From Octopus vulgaris (Eukaryota), in the NCBI GenBank assembly GCA_951406725.2, contig OX597816.1, positions 161,510,001-161,574,000 on the forward strand: a stretch of 64,000 nucleotides of DNA, in the 5' to 3' direction. The notes below the pieces were generated by a model. It saw nothing but the letters and a program-made list of their open reading frames with translations, ran no database searches and had not been told where the DNA came from. Of the stretch, positions 12,828 to 25,364 are shown in pieces (position 1 is the stretch's first letter; each line of letters begins with the position of its first letter). A program made the translations under genes and the position numbers.

Positions 12828-13611
12828 CTGACCGACCAGACCATCAGATGTTGTTACACATCGCTGGTCACAATGCGTCCGCATTGTTTTAGCCTTCGAA
12901 TGACGCCACCCCGCTGGCTAAGCGAGCAAGCCAATATATATATATATATATATATATTGTGTCTGGGGAGAATCATATTGTTTTAATGTCTTATCTAACA
13001 CACGCACCGGTTCGATTTCCACTCATTTATTATTTTTCTTTTTTCTTCCAAAATTTTCGTTGCCTTTGCAATCTTGTCAACGGATGTGGACACTGTCCGT
13101 TATAGGAGCTGCGTTCTTTTTTGTCTGTGTGTGTGTCAGCGTGCATGTGTGCTTGTGTATGCACGTTTGTGCGTGTGTGTGTGTATGCATATATGTATAT
13201 CTGCATGTGTGTATTTGTGTGTGCCATACACACACACACACATACACGAGGAGCTTCTTTCAGTTTCTGTCTACAAAATCCACTCACAAGGCTTTGGTCA
13301 GCCCGCGGCATAAGGACGTCTAAGCTGTTTTGAAATAGGAGTCAAAGTCCCAAAAAAACACCAATAACACTGAAAATATGACAGAGAACAACAGTAAGCG
13401 GGCGAACGGTTAAGGAATTAAAAACATACCATTTAAGATAATGACATTATTGCTGTTACTGGGTATCAATCTCTTCTATTTGCCGCAGATAATATTAACA
13501 ACAATAATATCTTTTTGAATATTCACTTCTCATACATACATACATCCATCATACATACATACATCATACATACATACATACATACATACATACATGCATG
13601 CATGCATGCAT

Positions 13612-13676
<65 letters not shown>

Positions 13677-13781
13677 GCCAAGCATCACCACCGGATCATT
13701 CTGCACATCTGTGTAATTTTTCGCTCAATTCCACCCAGCCGTTTGACCGTGAATCCCAAAACAAGAAAGAATCGCCCATAT

Positions 13782-13839
<58 letters not shown>

Positions 13840-14100
13840 CTCTCCTTTCTGTGTTTCTTCTCTGTGTATCTTTCTGTTGAAGAGCGTAGGCTCGAAACGT
13901 TAAAGACTTGTTTTATTTATATTTCCTGAGCGCCATACTAATATAATTGTTTGTTTGTATTCCGCCTGCCTTCGTCTTTTGTTTATTTTCGTAAACCTGC
14001 CTTCGTCTTTTGTCTATTTTCATAAAGCTTCCCGTTATATATATATATATCATTGTGTTCAACGTTTTTTTGATGTCCTGTACCCATATATGCATGTATA
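13840..14100 (+). mobile_element. Penelope-like terminal repeat (pLTR) between (TA)n tracts
   Basis: Contains a hammerhead motif. Homologous to minus-strand copies at 16580-16683 and 57897-58030. Confidence 0.7.
13869..13906 (+). ncRNA. Minimal type I hammerhead ribozyme motif (A6U core variant)
   Basis: TCTTT CTGTTGA A GAGC-GTAG-GCTC GAAAC GTT AAAGA: stem I TCTTT/AAAGA, stem II GAGC/GCTC, and a palindromic AACGTT in place of stem III, as in Penelope-like element HHRs. Confidence 0.65.
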
Positions 14101-14119
14101 TATGTAGGTATGTACATAT

Positions 14120-14175
<56 letters not shown>

Positions 14176-14711
14176 GTATAAAAACTATATATAAAAAATA
14201 CAAAATGGGACAAGAACGCAAAATACACAGAGACGACACAAAAAACGGACGGGTCATTCGAAGCCTCCAATCCCCAGTCAGGAACCGGATCATCATAGCA
14301 AACTTCGGCTGATATATATATATATATATATACTGTATATAGTCAGTTGATGACAGTCAGAGATCCTCAGTACACAAGACACTTTGTAGCGCTCAGGTGA
14401 TACAAACTAAGACCCGATGTCGTTACAGAGGATCAATTCCACGGAATAAAGATTGGCTATAAGAGGGATCTAGTTTGATTATCCGCATAATTGCCCCACC
14501 TCTCTCTCTCTATCTGTCTGTGTATGTATATATGTATGTATGTATGTATGTATAATGGTAGTGGGTGGTTTGTGAGTGATTTGGTGGCTATTCATTGCAA
14601 GTCTTTCGATTACGTTGTGCCTCTCTCTTTGTTAGCTCGATGTAATTCATGTTTCATTTTGTTTTGGGTAGGTCAGCATATTTTAATCCCACGCGCGCGC
14701 GCTAGATAGAT

Positions 14712-14881
14712 AGGTGTAGCATGGATGTGTAGTAAGAGATTTGGTTCTCAACCACATGATTCTGGGTTCAGTCCCGCTCGGTGAGACACTTTGGACACAT
14801 GTCTTCTACTACAACTTTAGTCCGACCAAAGCCTTATGGGTGGGTTTGGTAGATAGTAACTGAAAGAAGCCGATCGTGTAT

Positions 14882-14919
<38 letters not shown>

Positions 14920-15100
14920 CCACCGTTTGGGAACGGTATTGGTTTGTTTACATCCCTGTAATCTAAGCGGTTTGGCAAAAAGAGACAGAATAAATAGCCG
15001 TTTAGAAAAAAATGCACTGAGGTTGATTTGTTCGACTAAACCTTCGAGGCGTGCCCCAGCATGGCCGTAGTCCAATGAAACAAGTAAAAGATAAAAGATA
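14712..15100 (+). mobile_element. SINE family B, full length with central (TG)n
   Basis: tRNA-like head (gggttcagtccc), CORE-like segment, microsatellite, then an aagtaaaagataaaag tail. Confidence 0.9.
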
Positions 15101-15282
15101 TTGTTGCCGTTCTATATTTTAATATGTGTCATTGCTTGGCAGAATTCGAATCAGTGATTTGTCAAAAGAGGAAAAACTCCACAGAATTCTTCGTCACCAG
15201 CTGCGTTTATGCCTATTTATTTATTATTTTTTCTCCATGCATTACCCTCTTACTCCACCGTTTACACATACTATTATTCCAT

Positions 15283-15319
<37 letters not shown>

Positions 15320-15528
15320 TCACATACATAGTTAAAAAAAAAAACTACGAACATGTGTAAATATATATATATATATTGATTTGACACAGTGTGTCTGCTT
15401 GCTGACAGGAGTTCTCGTTTGAAAGAAATCTGGCTGTCTGTCTGAATTATATCAATCACGATAGCATGGCACCTTTGATATAGCGGCACCTGTAACTGTA
15501 AAAGAAACTTAGCCGAATGCATGCATAG

Positions 15529-15597
<69 letters not shown>

Positions 15598-15640
15598 CCT
15601 ACCTACCTACCTACCTACCTACCTACCTACCTACCTATCT
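15529..15640. repeat. (TATC)n-(TACC)n tetranucleotide microsatellite
   Basis: Directly visible. Confidence 0.95.
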
Positions 15641-15746
15641 ATTCAGTTTATTTTAAGATTTATTTTATTATATTTATTTAGTTATCTATTTTTGTTATTC
15701 GGACACTCAGTTAAACTGTGACTCCTTATCAAGGGGTAAGGGAACT

Positions 15747-15777
<31 letters not shown>

Positions 15778-16429
15778 TATATGATTGAACGCCACGAATC
15801 CTCTTCCAAGTAAGTTTTCTCTTAACAATTCTGATGCGCACTCTATAAGATCTTTTTACTCTTTCGTTTTTCACTCTTTCTCTCTCTTATTCTTTTGCCT
15901 CCTCTTCTCCCACTATTCTATCCTATTACTTTGTCACTCTCTCTTCCTTGCTCCCGTGACTCGCACGTGACCATCGCCATCTTTCTTTCTTTCTCTCCGT
16001 TGTAGCTGGAACAAGGAAGACGTGTTCTTATTTGTCTCCTGTCCCAAGCTTGATTTACGCGTTCGCCACCACAACCTCGTTTAGGCTTAGCAGCCCTTCC
16101 TGTTGGTTTTCACTGTCCAGTTTGTGTTACTAATTTTGACTCTCCGCAAAATCCCAAATTTTGTTTAATTTGCTTTGCGGGAGCAAGTGTTTTATCGAAA
16201 GCGTATATTTTTGTTAAATGCTCAAAATACGAGACTAGAAAAACAGCCAACAACTGATGAAGGGTCGTTCTTTATGTTTGTTTTGTTTTCCATTTGTGCC
16301 TTTCGTTGTTCGAAAGAATAATTCGTGTTCCATGTACTCGTGCTTCGTATTTTTTCGTTGTACACATTTCATGACGTCCTGTGCCCACATATGCATATAT
16401 ATATATATATATATATACATACATCAACA

Positions 16430-16683
16430 GAGGAGTCCAGTGTAATCCATGGGCAGGAGAAGTGCAGTTGAAGTGTACGAGAGTAGAAAGTCCAGGTAGA
16501 GAATCCGTTAAAGTTCGTTGGGTGATGAGAGGAGACAGGATCAACTGATGCGACCACGTGAGTGTGTAATATATGGGAAGAATTCACAAAAAAAAAAAAA
16601 AGACGAAGACAGGTGGTGTAGGCAACAAACAGATGTATTAGCTTAAATTTCGGGAAGTGAAAAAGTCTTTAACGTTTCGAGCG
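16430..16683 (-). mobile_element. Penelope-like relic: truncated pLTR plus possible GIY-YIG-proximal coding remnant
   Basis: 16580-16683 is the reverse complement of the 13890 repeat (gctcgaaacgttaaagact). The adjacent minus-strand frame has HFNCTS, resembling the FxCTS motif that precedes PLE GIY-YIG domains (weak). Confidence 0.55.
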
Positions 16684-17192
16684 TTTTATTATGGCAACCG
16701 AATAATTGTCACATATATACACGCACACACTCTCATACAAAGCGAGTTTCTGCACAGTTTCCGTTTACCAAATTCACCCACAAGGTATTGGTCAGTTTAG
16801 GCTATGGTAAAAAAAAAAAAAAAAGACTTGCCCGGGGTGCCACGCAGTGGGACTGAACTAGAGGTCTCATGGCTGCAAAGCAACCTTCTTAACCACAAAC
16901 ACGTGCTTGTGTGTGTGTGTGTGTACACATACATAAACTCTGCTGCTATTATTTTGTCGTTTCATGTTATATTGATGAAACCAATCCTTTCAGCTGTTCT
17001 GATTATCATTATCCTGTTGTAAAGTGATCCCTGTCATTAATCTAACGTTCAGCGGTTTGGTGTGAGATGTCTTCTACACTTTTAAACCTCATCATAACGA
17101 CAACGACAGCAACAACAACCAGTTATATTATACTTCCGAACTAAACTGTTGCTGCTGTACCACCGTCGCCACCACCACCACCACTACCCCTA

Positions 17193-17224
<32 letters not shown>

Positions 17225-17479
17225 TAGATGTTAGAGCAAATTATGATGCTAGGATGGATGGAGTATGATAATAACAAGCAAACCGAATCAGTAAGTCTGT
17301 TATACAATTGTCTCGACCCCTCCTCCACCGCAGGAGGGATGAAGAGTAAAGTCGAACCTGGTGGGGATTTGAACTCAGAGTATAATTTCAACGTAGTCGT
17401 AGGTAAAAGTGTGGTTCAGAAGTTTGCCGCTTCGTCATTTCGGGTTCGATCTTACTGTGCGACATCACTTCGCCTCAAA

Positions 17480-18036
17480 TGTAAAATTTGGTAGACGGCA
17501 TCATAATGGAATTATCCGTATTCTTGACTTAATCCGTCAGCCACCCGGTTTTAAAACCGACAACCTGGTTCTTGTTACAGACAATCCGCCAGGTCAGTTG
17601 TTTGACGTTAACCAGTTGAGCATGTCCTTTCGTGTCTGACGATATGTGCATCTTTGATCATGAGCAGAAGTAGTGGGGAAGCATCATAGCTATGTATTGG
17701 GAAGAATTCTTTGTGGTTTGGATAATTCACCTCTGGAAACATGGGTGTTTCGTTCAACATCCGTTAACAACCCTTATTCAAGGACCTTTTGAACAGGAGA
17801 GGATTCTGGACCTGAAGAAAATTCTAACCGGGCTCCACCTCCAAGGTTATGCGCTGTTTATCTTGGTATGAGATCACCATGTTGCGCACATATAGTTGTG
17901 ATGCATGTGTCTGATGTACCCTTATCAGACGAGTAGTTATGATGGGTATACTGGGCTTCGTATATCTTAACCCTGTGTCAATTTGATGGCATGTACTGCT
18001 CTCTTACTCAATAATAATAATAATAATAATAATAAT
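17480..18036 (+). mobile_element. Retroposon (family E) ending in (AAT)n
   Basis: Higher-GC body ending ctctcttactc(aat)n, a typical retroposon tail. The 5' boundary is uncertain. Confidence 0.6.
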
Positions 18037-18182
18037 CCTTTCTATTATAGGCACATGGTTCGAAATTTTGGTGGGAGGTAGAAAGTCGGAATTTGAACTC
18101 AGAACGTTACTCCGGGAGAAATGCCGCAAAACATTTTGTCCGGCTTGCTAACGGTTCTTTTCAAGTGGAAGTTAGTGTAACC

Positions 18183-18442
18183 CAGTTGTCCTCAACCATT
18201 TTTTTTTTGTTTGTGGACCTTCTGTGATTCCTATTTTACTCAGATGGACCCACATAACCATTCGATATTTGAAAAATCTATTATATTTTTATGCTTAAAT
18301 ATTAAGAATTGTATAAAAAAATTGTTTAAAATATTTTGTTTATCATAGAAGTATTTCCAGTCTGTTGGACATAAAGTCTAACAACAAAATCTTATGTGGA
18401 TCCCATCCCCAAGGGTCATATGTACCCGGTTGAAGACCATTT
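18183..18442. mobile_element. hAT-Charlie-type MITE
   Basis: Ends cagttgtcctcaacc / ggttgaagaccat, flanked by imperfect gtgtaa repeats. Inverse homologue of 6332-6595. Confidence 0.7.
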
Positions 18443-19809
18443 GTGTAAATGGAAGCGAATGCAGAAATGGACAAAAAAATTGGCTTTAGAAACATCCATT
18501 TGAACCAATTTTCTGCAAAAGCAAAAGTTCCAGTATGGAAAGTGAGATACTTCTTTATAAGTTAAAGAAGTTAGCCCAGTTTGTATATTTTCTGAACAAA
18601 TAGTTCACTCCCCGTCATTAATCAGATAACAATAATTATGTTTTGATTTTGATGAAGCACGGACAATTTTTTAAATAAGTAAACTGAAGACAATGGAGGC
18701 CTTGTCTCTTTGTTTTAGTATTTTTAATGTAGAAACAGTTGTCAGTAAAACTTAAAAAAAAAAAAAAAAAAAGCTCAGTCCCACTACGTGGCCCCTTGGG
18801 CAAGTGTCTTCTGTTATAGCCACGGGCTGACCAAAGCTTGTGAATGGATTTGGTTGACGGAAACCGAAAGTGTCGGTGTGTTTACGTCCTCGTAATGTAG
18901 CGGTTCGGCAAAATATCCTTATAGAGTAAGCACCAGGTAATTAATAAAAGTACTGGGGTCGATTCGTTCAACTAAAAATTGTTCAAGGCGGTGCCCCAGT
19001 GTGGCCGCAGTTTAATGACTGAAACAAATAAAAGATAAAATAAATATGTAAAGATATTTAGTGCATTATCATTTGTTGGTAAGAACCATAATGGTGAGTG
19101 TATCTCTTACCTATGTAAAAATTGTATATTATTAGGTTGGTTTAGTATACCCGCCCTAATAATGGGGTGTTGTTAGTCATCTGCCCAACAAGATGAAAAA
19201 AACAAAAACTAAATGAATAAAACAAGAAAAAGAAGTGTGTCTGAATAATTGAGGCGTTGGCTAAGATGACATATGAAACGACCCCAATATTATATTCCTT
19301 CTTGTGCAGCCCGACAATTGATGATGCCTGTGGTCCAATTGTGAGAAGAGCCCTTTAACAATAAGATGGATGTGTACACTAATAATTTCAGGATGTCAAG
19401 TCTGAAATAGAAGGGCAGAGGTTATGACTTGTGGGTCAGTGTTATTAATACACTTATGGTTAGTTTTGAGTTCTTTGTGATTTCTTAGAGGTAGGCGTGA
19501 AAAGGATGAGAATTTTGAAGTATGCAGTTCCTGAGAATGAAGGATTGGACACAGATGTTTGAAGTAAGGTGTCGTATGAAAAGAGTTATTGCGTGGGTGT
19601 CGAGAGGAAGCGACACACGAGAATCGTTTTTGTTTGTTTATTTGTTGATTGTATATGCGTGGGTTTTTATATATATTAATGTACACCGTTGCAGCGCAAA
19701 TAATCTTCACATAGTGGCCATCCCTTCAAACTATATTTTTTTTCTTTTTGGGATAGTCCCTAGAGAAAAACAGAAAATTTCCTGTTATCTTATAATATTA
19801 TATTATTTG

Positions 19810-20370
19810 ATGGCGGCTAGCTGGCAGAAACGTTAGCATGCCAGGCGAAATGCTTAGCTGTATTTCATCTGCCGCTACGTTCTGAGTTAAAATTCTGCTG
19901 AGGTCGACTTTGCCTTTCATCCTTTCGGGGTCGATATAATCGACTTAATCCCTTTGTCTGTCCTTGTTTGTCCTCTCTGTGTTTAGCCTCTTGTGGGTAG
20001 TAAAGAAATAGAAATAGGTATTTCGTCTGCCGTTACGTTCTGAGTTCAAATTCCGCCGAGGTCGACTTTGCCTTTCATCCTTTCGAGGTCGATAAATTAA
20101 GTACCAGTTGCGCACTGGGGTCGATGTAATCGACTTGATCCCTTTGTCTGCCCTTGTTTGTCCCCTCTATGTTTCGCCCTTTGTGGGTTGTAAAGAAATA
20201 GGTATTTCGTCTGTCTTTACGTTCTGAGTTCAAGTTCCACCGAGGTCGACTTTGCCTTTCATCCTTTCGGGGTCGATAAATCGAGTACCAGTTACGTACT
20301 GAGGTCGATCTAATCGGCTGGTCCCCTCCCCCAACATTTCTGTCCTTGCGCCTAGAGTAGAAAAGAATAT
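19810..20370 (+). mobile_element. SINE family A head-to-tail trimer
   Basis: Three gttctgagtt.aa.ttc..cgaggtcgactttgcc units joined by the linker gtccttgtttgtcccctct..gtgggt.gtaaagaaataggtatttcgtctg. Confidence 0.9.
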
Positions 20371-23300
20371 TTAATTCTAAAAAGGCGACGTGCTGGCAGC
20401 GTAATTTAAGGCTAAAGCCCGCTAAATTCCCAGCTAAATATCGATGCAGTAACTTAGTATTCACGAAACATATTTCACATCAAATATTCCGACTATATCA
20501 ATATAATACGACTAAATTTTTTATTGTTCTTCGTCAATTTAATTAAGCATTTTCATTAAATTTCTTTAAATATTTGTTTTCAAAATGCGATAGTAACACA
20601 AAAGAACGAAAGAATTATTGTTTTTAAAACAAGAATTTGTTTTTATTATTTATATACTTTTTAATATAATTTTAGAGATGTACAAGATAAGGATCGATAA
20701 GTTATAAATGATTCTATGAAGGGGGTCAATGATATTAGGAATTTATCGACCCCTGGGTCATAATATCGATATTATTATATATTTATATTATATTATCGTC
20801 GTTTGCTACTCCTCCTTTCCGAGTGTTTCTTTTTTCGTTTGTAGTTCCTCATTTATCTGGGTGCTTCTTGTGGCTGGCAAGGTCAATTTTCGTGATATAC
20901 TTATACAATAGGTATATTACAGTATTTAATATTATAAGCTATGTAATATGTTTTAATATAATAAGCGCTAAAGAAACCGTGAACTTCGGTGGCCACAACC
21001 AGACTATAATACTTACTCTGTATCAAGCCACAATGGTTGTATGCTAAGCATTTCAACTTGCACTTTGAAGATCCATTCGAGTTGGGAACTTGTTAAGTCG
21101 GGGATAGTGAATTTTTACTTAAACAGATTTCATTTGCTGTACTTGAGTTTTTCAAAACGTCAGGTATCGGGGTAAGAAAAGCAAATATTAGAGAACACCC
21201 AGTATTCTCAAGCAAAATCATAAATTTTCTGCATCGAAAAGATTGGTCATTTAAACCTCAATTCAGGTCGGTGGCTGTCATTCTGTATGTTGAGATAATG
21301 TGGTTGATGACCGAATTGTAAAGAAAGATCTTGGGATGTTTATAAAGGGAGCGAGCTAACTGAAGTTGAAGATGGATTTTTTCGGATATATTGTCTTCAG
21401 TTAAAGAGTTCCCAAATTACTTTTGAAAAATGAGAATGAGTTAAAATTCGAGAGAGCAGCAACCATGCTGTCAAATTGACGTGTTATGAATGAACATTTC
21501 GCCGTCAGTTTTGGGTGGAGTACGTTTGGGACTATTTAAGATTGAGTGATCATGTCATAAAGAATGTTTGTGTTATTCATGTGACATCGTTTAACCTCCA
21601 TTCTTAATGTGTTTTGATATTATTAAATTTGTTTATAATTTTATTTTAGTCTTTCTATGCCTCTGTTGGTAGTTACAGTAAGCTTAAAATTTTTTGCACT
21701 TTTATAAAATGATAAATCTTCTTTATTGTCGCTTTGTGATTCTCGCTAAATTTCAGAAATTTACTCCCCATCCTTTTTTTTTTGTCTTTTGCTATTACAG
21801 GGAAAGTGAGGTGCGTGGTCTAGTGGTTAGGGTGTCGCAAACTTGTGGTTTCGTTCCCCGCACCTGGTGGTGTGCTGTGTCCTTCAGCAAAACACTTCAT
21901 TTCACGTTGCTCCAGTCCACTCAGCTGTATATGCGATGGACCAGCGTCCTGCTCGTTGTGATTCCGGTCACTTATACACAAGGGTGACCGGTTAAACGGC
22001 CCTATTATAGGGAAGAAAATGTAACACTTTAAATTCGAAAGATTTTGCCAGGATTTTTTTTATTACTATTCTGTGTCATGCTGAATCTCTCTGAGAACTA
22101 CGTTAAGAGTACGTGTGTCTGTGGAGTGCTCAGCCAGTTGCACTTTAATTTTACGAACAAGCTGTTCCGTCGATTGGATCAACCAGAACATTCGTCGTTG
22201 TAACCGACGGAGTGCCAGTGTAATTTAAGGTTAAAGCTCGGTAAATTCCCAGCTAAATATCGATGCAGTAAGATAAGGAATTATGTATACCCTCATTTAT
22301 TGAGGGTGGGGTTGATTTAATCGATTAAATCCCGCCCTTAAAATTGCTATTTTCTGCCTACATTATAAATAATTATTTTTGTTACAATACAAGTGCAGCG
22401 GAAGGCGGCGAGCTGGCAGAATCGTTAGCACGTCGGGCAAAATGCTTAGCGGCATTTCTTCCGTCCTTAGGTTCTGAGTTCAAATTCCGCCGAGGTCCAC
22501 TTTGCTTTTCATTCTTTCGGGGTCGATAAAATAAGTACTAGTTGAGAACTAGGGTCTATATGGTCGACTAACTTCCTTTCTCGAATTTGCTGGCCCTGTG
22601 CCAGAATTTGAAACCAATATGAGCGCAGTGGACTGGAGAAGAATCGTTCTGAGTTCAAATGCTACTAAGGTTAACTTTGCTTTTCCACTCCCACAAAATA
22701 GCGGACGTGGACAGTCATATTGTACTGTGTAGAACGATTTAAAAGGCTTAATCTGAGGAAGATTTTACTGTTAGCCTCACATGCCAAAGGATGATATTGA
22801 GATCACGTTGGTTTGATATTTGATAGCTGGATTCAAAGTCGAACACATTTTTAATTCGATTCTCATAACTCCATCCCTCTTTATTTTTAAACGAGAGAGT
22901 TGGGGATCACCTACTAGTTCTTGAACTTTCTATTCAGTAGCAAAAGTGATTTGGCGAATTACTAACACCCACTAGCTTTATAAACCTATAGAGATTTGTC
23001 CACATTTATTTGCAAAAATCTCTTTATACACTCCTTACTTATTGCTTGCTAGTTCACTTTCAGCATAGAGCTAGCGCCAGCGCCAAGCCATTCGTACATC
23101 ACTAATTAGATTAAATTGTTGACATCAGATTATTATAACACCGAGTAAAACCTTAATTAGGATATATTTAAAATGATTTACTGGAAGAATCTGATTCAGT
23201 GCTATTATTTTCGTTCTTCTATCGTCTTTTCTTGAATGGACAAAGTGCGTGAAAATAACTACACAATCCTAAAACCAAACACTGAATTACCTTAGCATGG

Positions 23301-25364
23301 GTATTTAACAGATTTAAGTAGCCTCACCGGAAGCAGAGTTCGCGCCTTAACTATTTATTCTCAGCTGAATTAACTATACTATTTGGTAGCATTTTTTATT
23401 CATTATTTATTTATTTATTTATTTGTTTATTTATTTTCAAATAAATACCACCCTCCGTTTATTTAGATCCTACAGGAATCCAGTTTCTTGCCCTTTTCAC
23501 AGGATGTGAGGGATGGGTGGGCTTAATAAAACTGAAAGGGGATGGGTTGGCTCGAAGCTGTTTCTTTTTCTCTGTATTTATTATCTGTCGTCTCTGAATT
23601 AATTAGTTTGTTAGATTCAAATATAATTATTTCACTGTTTTGTTAGATGATCGATGTTGTACTGTAACTAAACAATATCGGTACTATTTGTTATTATCTA
23701 TTAATTAATCACTGCTGGGGGGGGGGTCAAACAATTCTATAAATTTGTTTTAGACATTTGATATAATTGCCTCCTCGACTGACACACAGGAAGAGGCATG
23801 TTTCATTTTTGGTGCTCGGGAAGTCAAGTTCGTCTCACCGATATCGGTCAATTTCTTACAGGAAGTATTCTTTGATGGTATATTTGTTTTGCTTTATTTC
23901 CCTCTCTGTATGTATGTATATATATATATATATATATATATTCACACACACACATTTGTGGTTTATGCCCCCTAACCGCTAAAATAAACGGGTGCACTTC
24001 CGTCTTCCCACTTACACTCCCTTTCCAGGAAGAATTGCTTGTATGGTTGCCTCCTACTACTTCAATCGTCACTTTATGAACAAGTCAATTTCATCTAATA
24101 GAAATCAAGTGTTATGGTGTGTTGCTAGCCGAATGATGATGTGCTTATAATATTCATGAATCACATAAACTTTGATTATTTTTATATAAATAACGGTTTC
24201 TGATAGAGGTACAAGGTCATCAATTTTTTTTTTCTTTTTAGGAAGGAGGTTATAAACAAAAAAAAAACAAAGTCGACCTCGGCGAAATTTGAACCGAGAA
24301 TGTAAAGAGCCGGAACAAATATTGCAAAGCAATTTTTTTTCCGGTGCCCTAACGATCCTGCCAGCTGGCGGTGTGTGTGTGTGTGTATATATATGCATAT
24401 ATATTATATATATGTATCGGTTTCTAATTTAGGCACAAAGCTAGCAGTTTTGAGTGGGGTAGGAATAAATCGATACCAATCAAGTCCAGTATTTGATGTG
24501 ACCTTGTACTATCGACTCCCGGAGGGATAAAAGGCAAGGTTAACCCCCGGTGGGTTTTGAACTCAGAACGTAAAAAGCTGGACCAATTGAGGCATTTTTG
24601 TTTCTCGATGCATTAAGCTCGCTACTTTTTTATAAATAAAATAGCGTTTTCTGATTTAGATACAAAGCCACCAGTCTTGAGGGATAAGGATTTTTTTTTA
24701 TTTCCAGTTTTCTCTGTTAAAGTTTAAGACAGCACGGCCAGCGGACTCTGAAGTCTTGTATAAAACAAATGGAGAAAGAACCTTTTATTTTGAAAAGAAG
24801 AAAAAAGAGAAAGTAAAATAATAAAATAACAAAGAAAGAGGAGAAAAGGGTCTAGTCGCTGCCATAGACCCCAGCATTTAACTGGTGCTTTATTTTATTG
24901 ACCCGCGAAGGAAAAAAGGTAAAGTTGACTACGGTTAGATTTGAACTCCGAACGTAAAGAGCCGGTACAAATATACTACTGCATTTTCCGACGCTTTAAT
25001 AATTCTGTCAACTCGAAATAATTCTTTCTAATTTTGGTACAAAGCCAGCAATATCTAAAGGAGAAGTCGATGTGATCGACCCTAGAATTCAACTGGTACT
25101 TATATCAACCCCGAAAGGATGAAGAGGATGATAAAATAAGTATGGCGGCATTTGAACTCGGAGCGCCAAGAGCCAGAAGAAATGTCCAATAATACAATTC
25201 TTCACGTAAAACTTAGTGCGTGTCTACTGTTATTTCAGAACTACAGATGTCTTAAAACCACTCGCTCTGTTCTCATCTGATCCGAACCGTTTGATATCGA
25301 GTGTCAAAGCGTCACAGTATTTCAGTTGTCAATGTACTTAGTCAATTAAAGGAGTTTTTTTTTT

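Noticed and set aside
21050-21560. Decayed retroelement coding remnant
   Set aside because: No frame gave a motif that could be identified with confidence.
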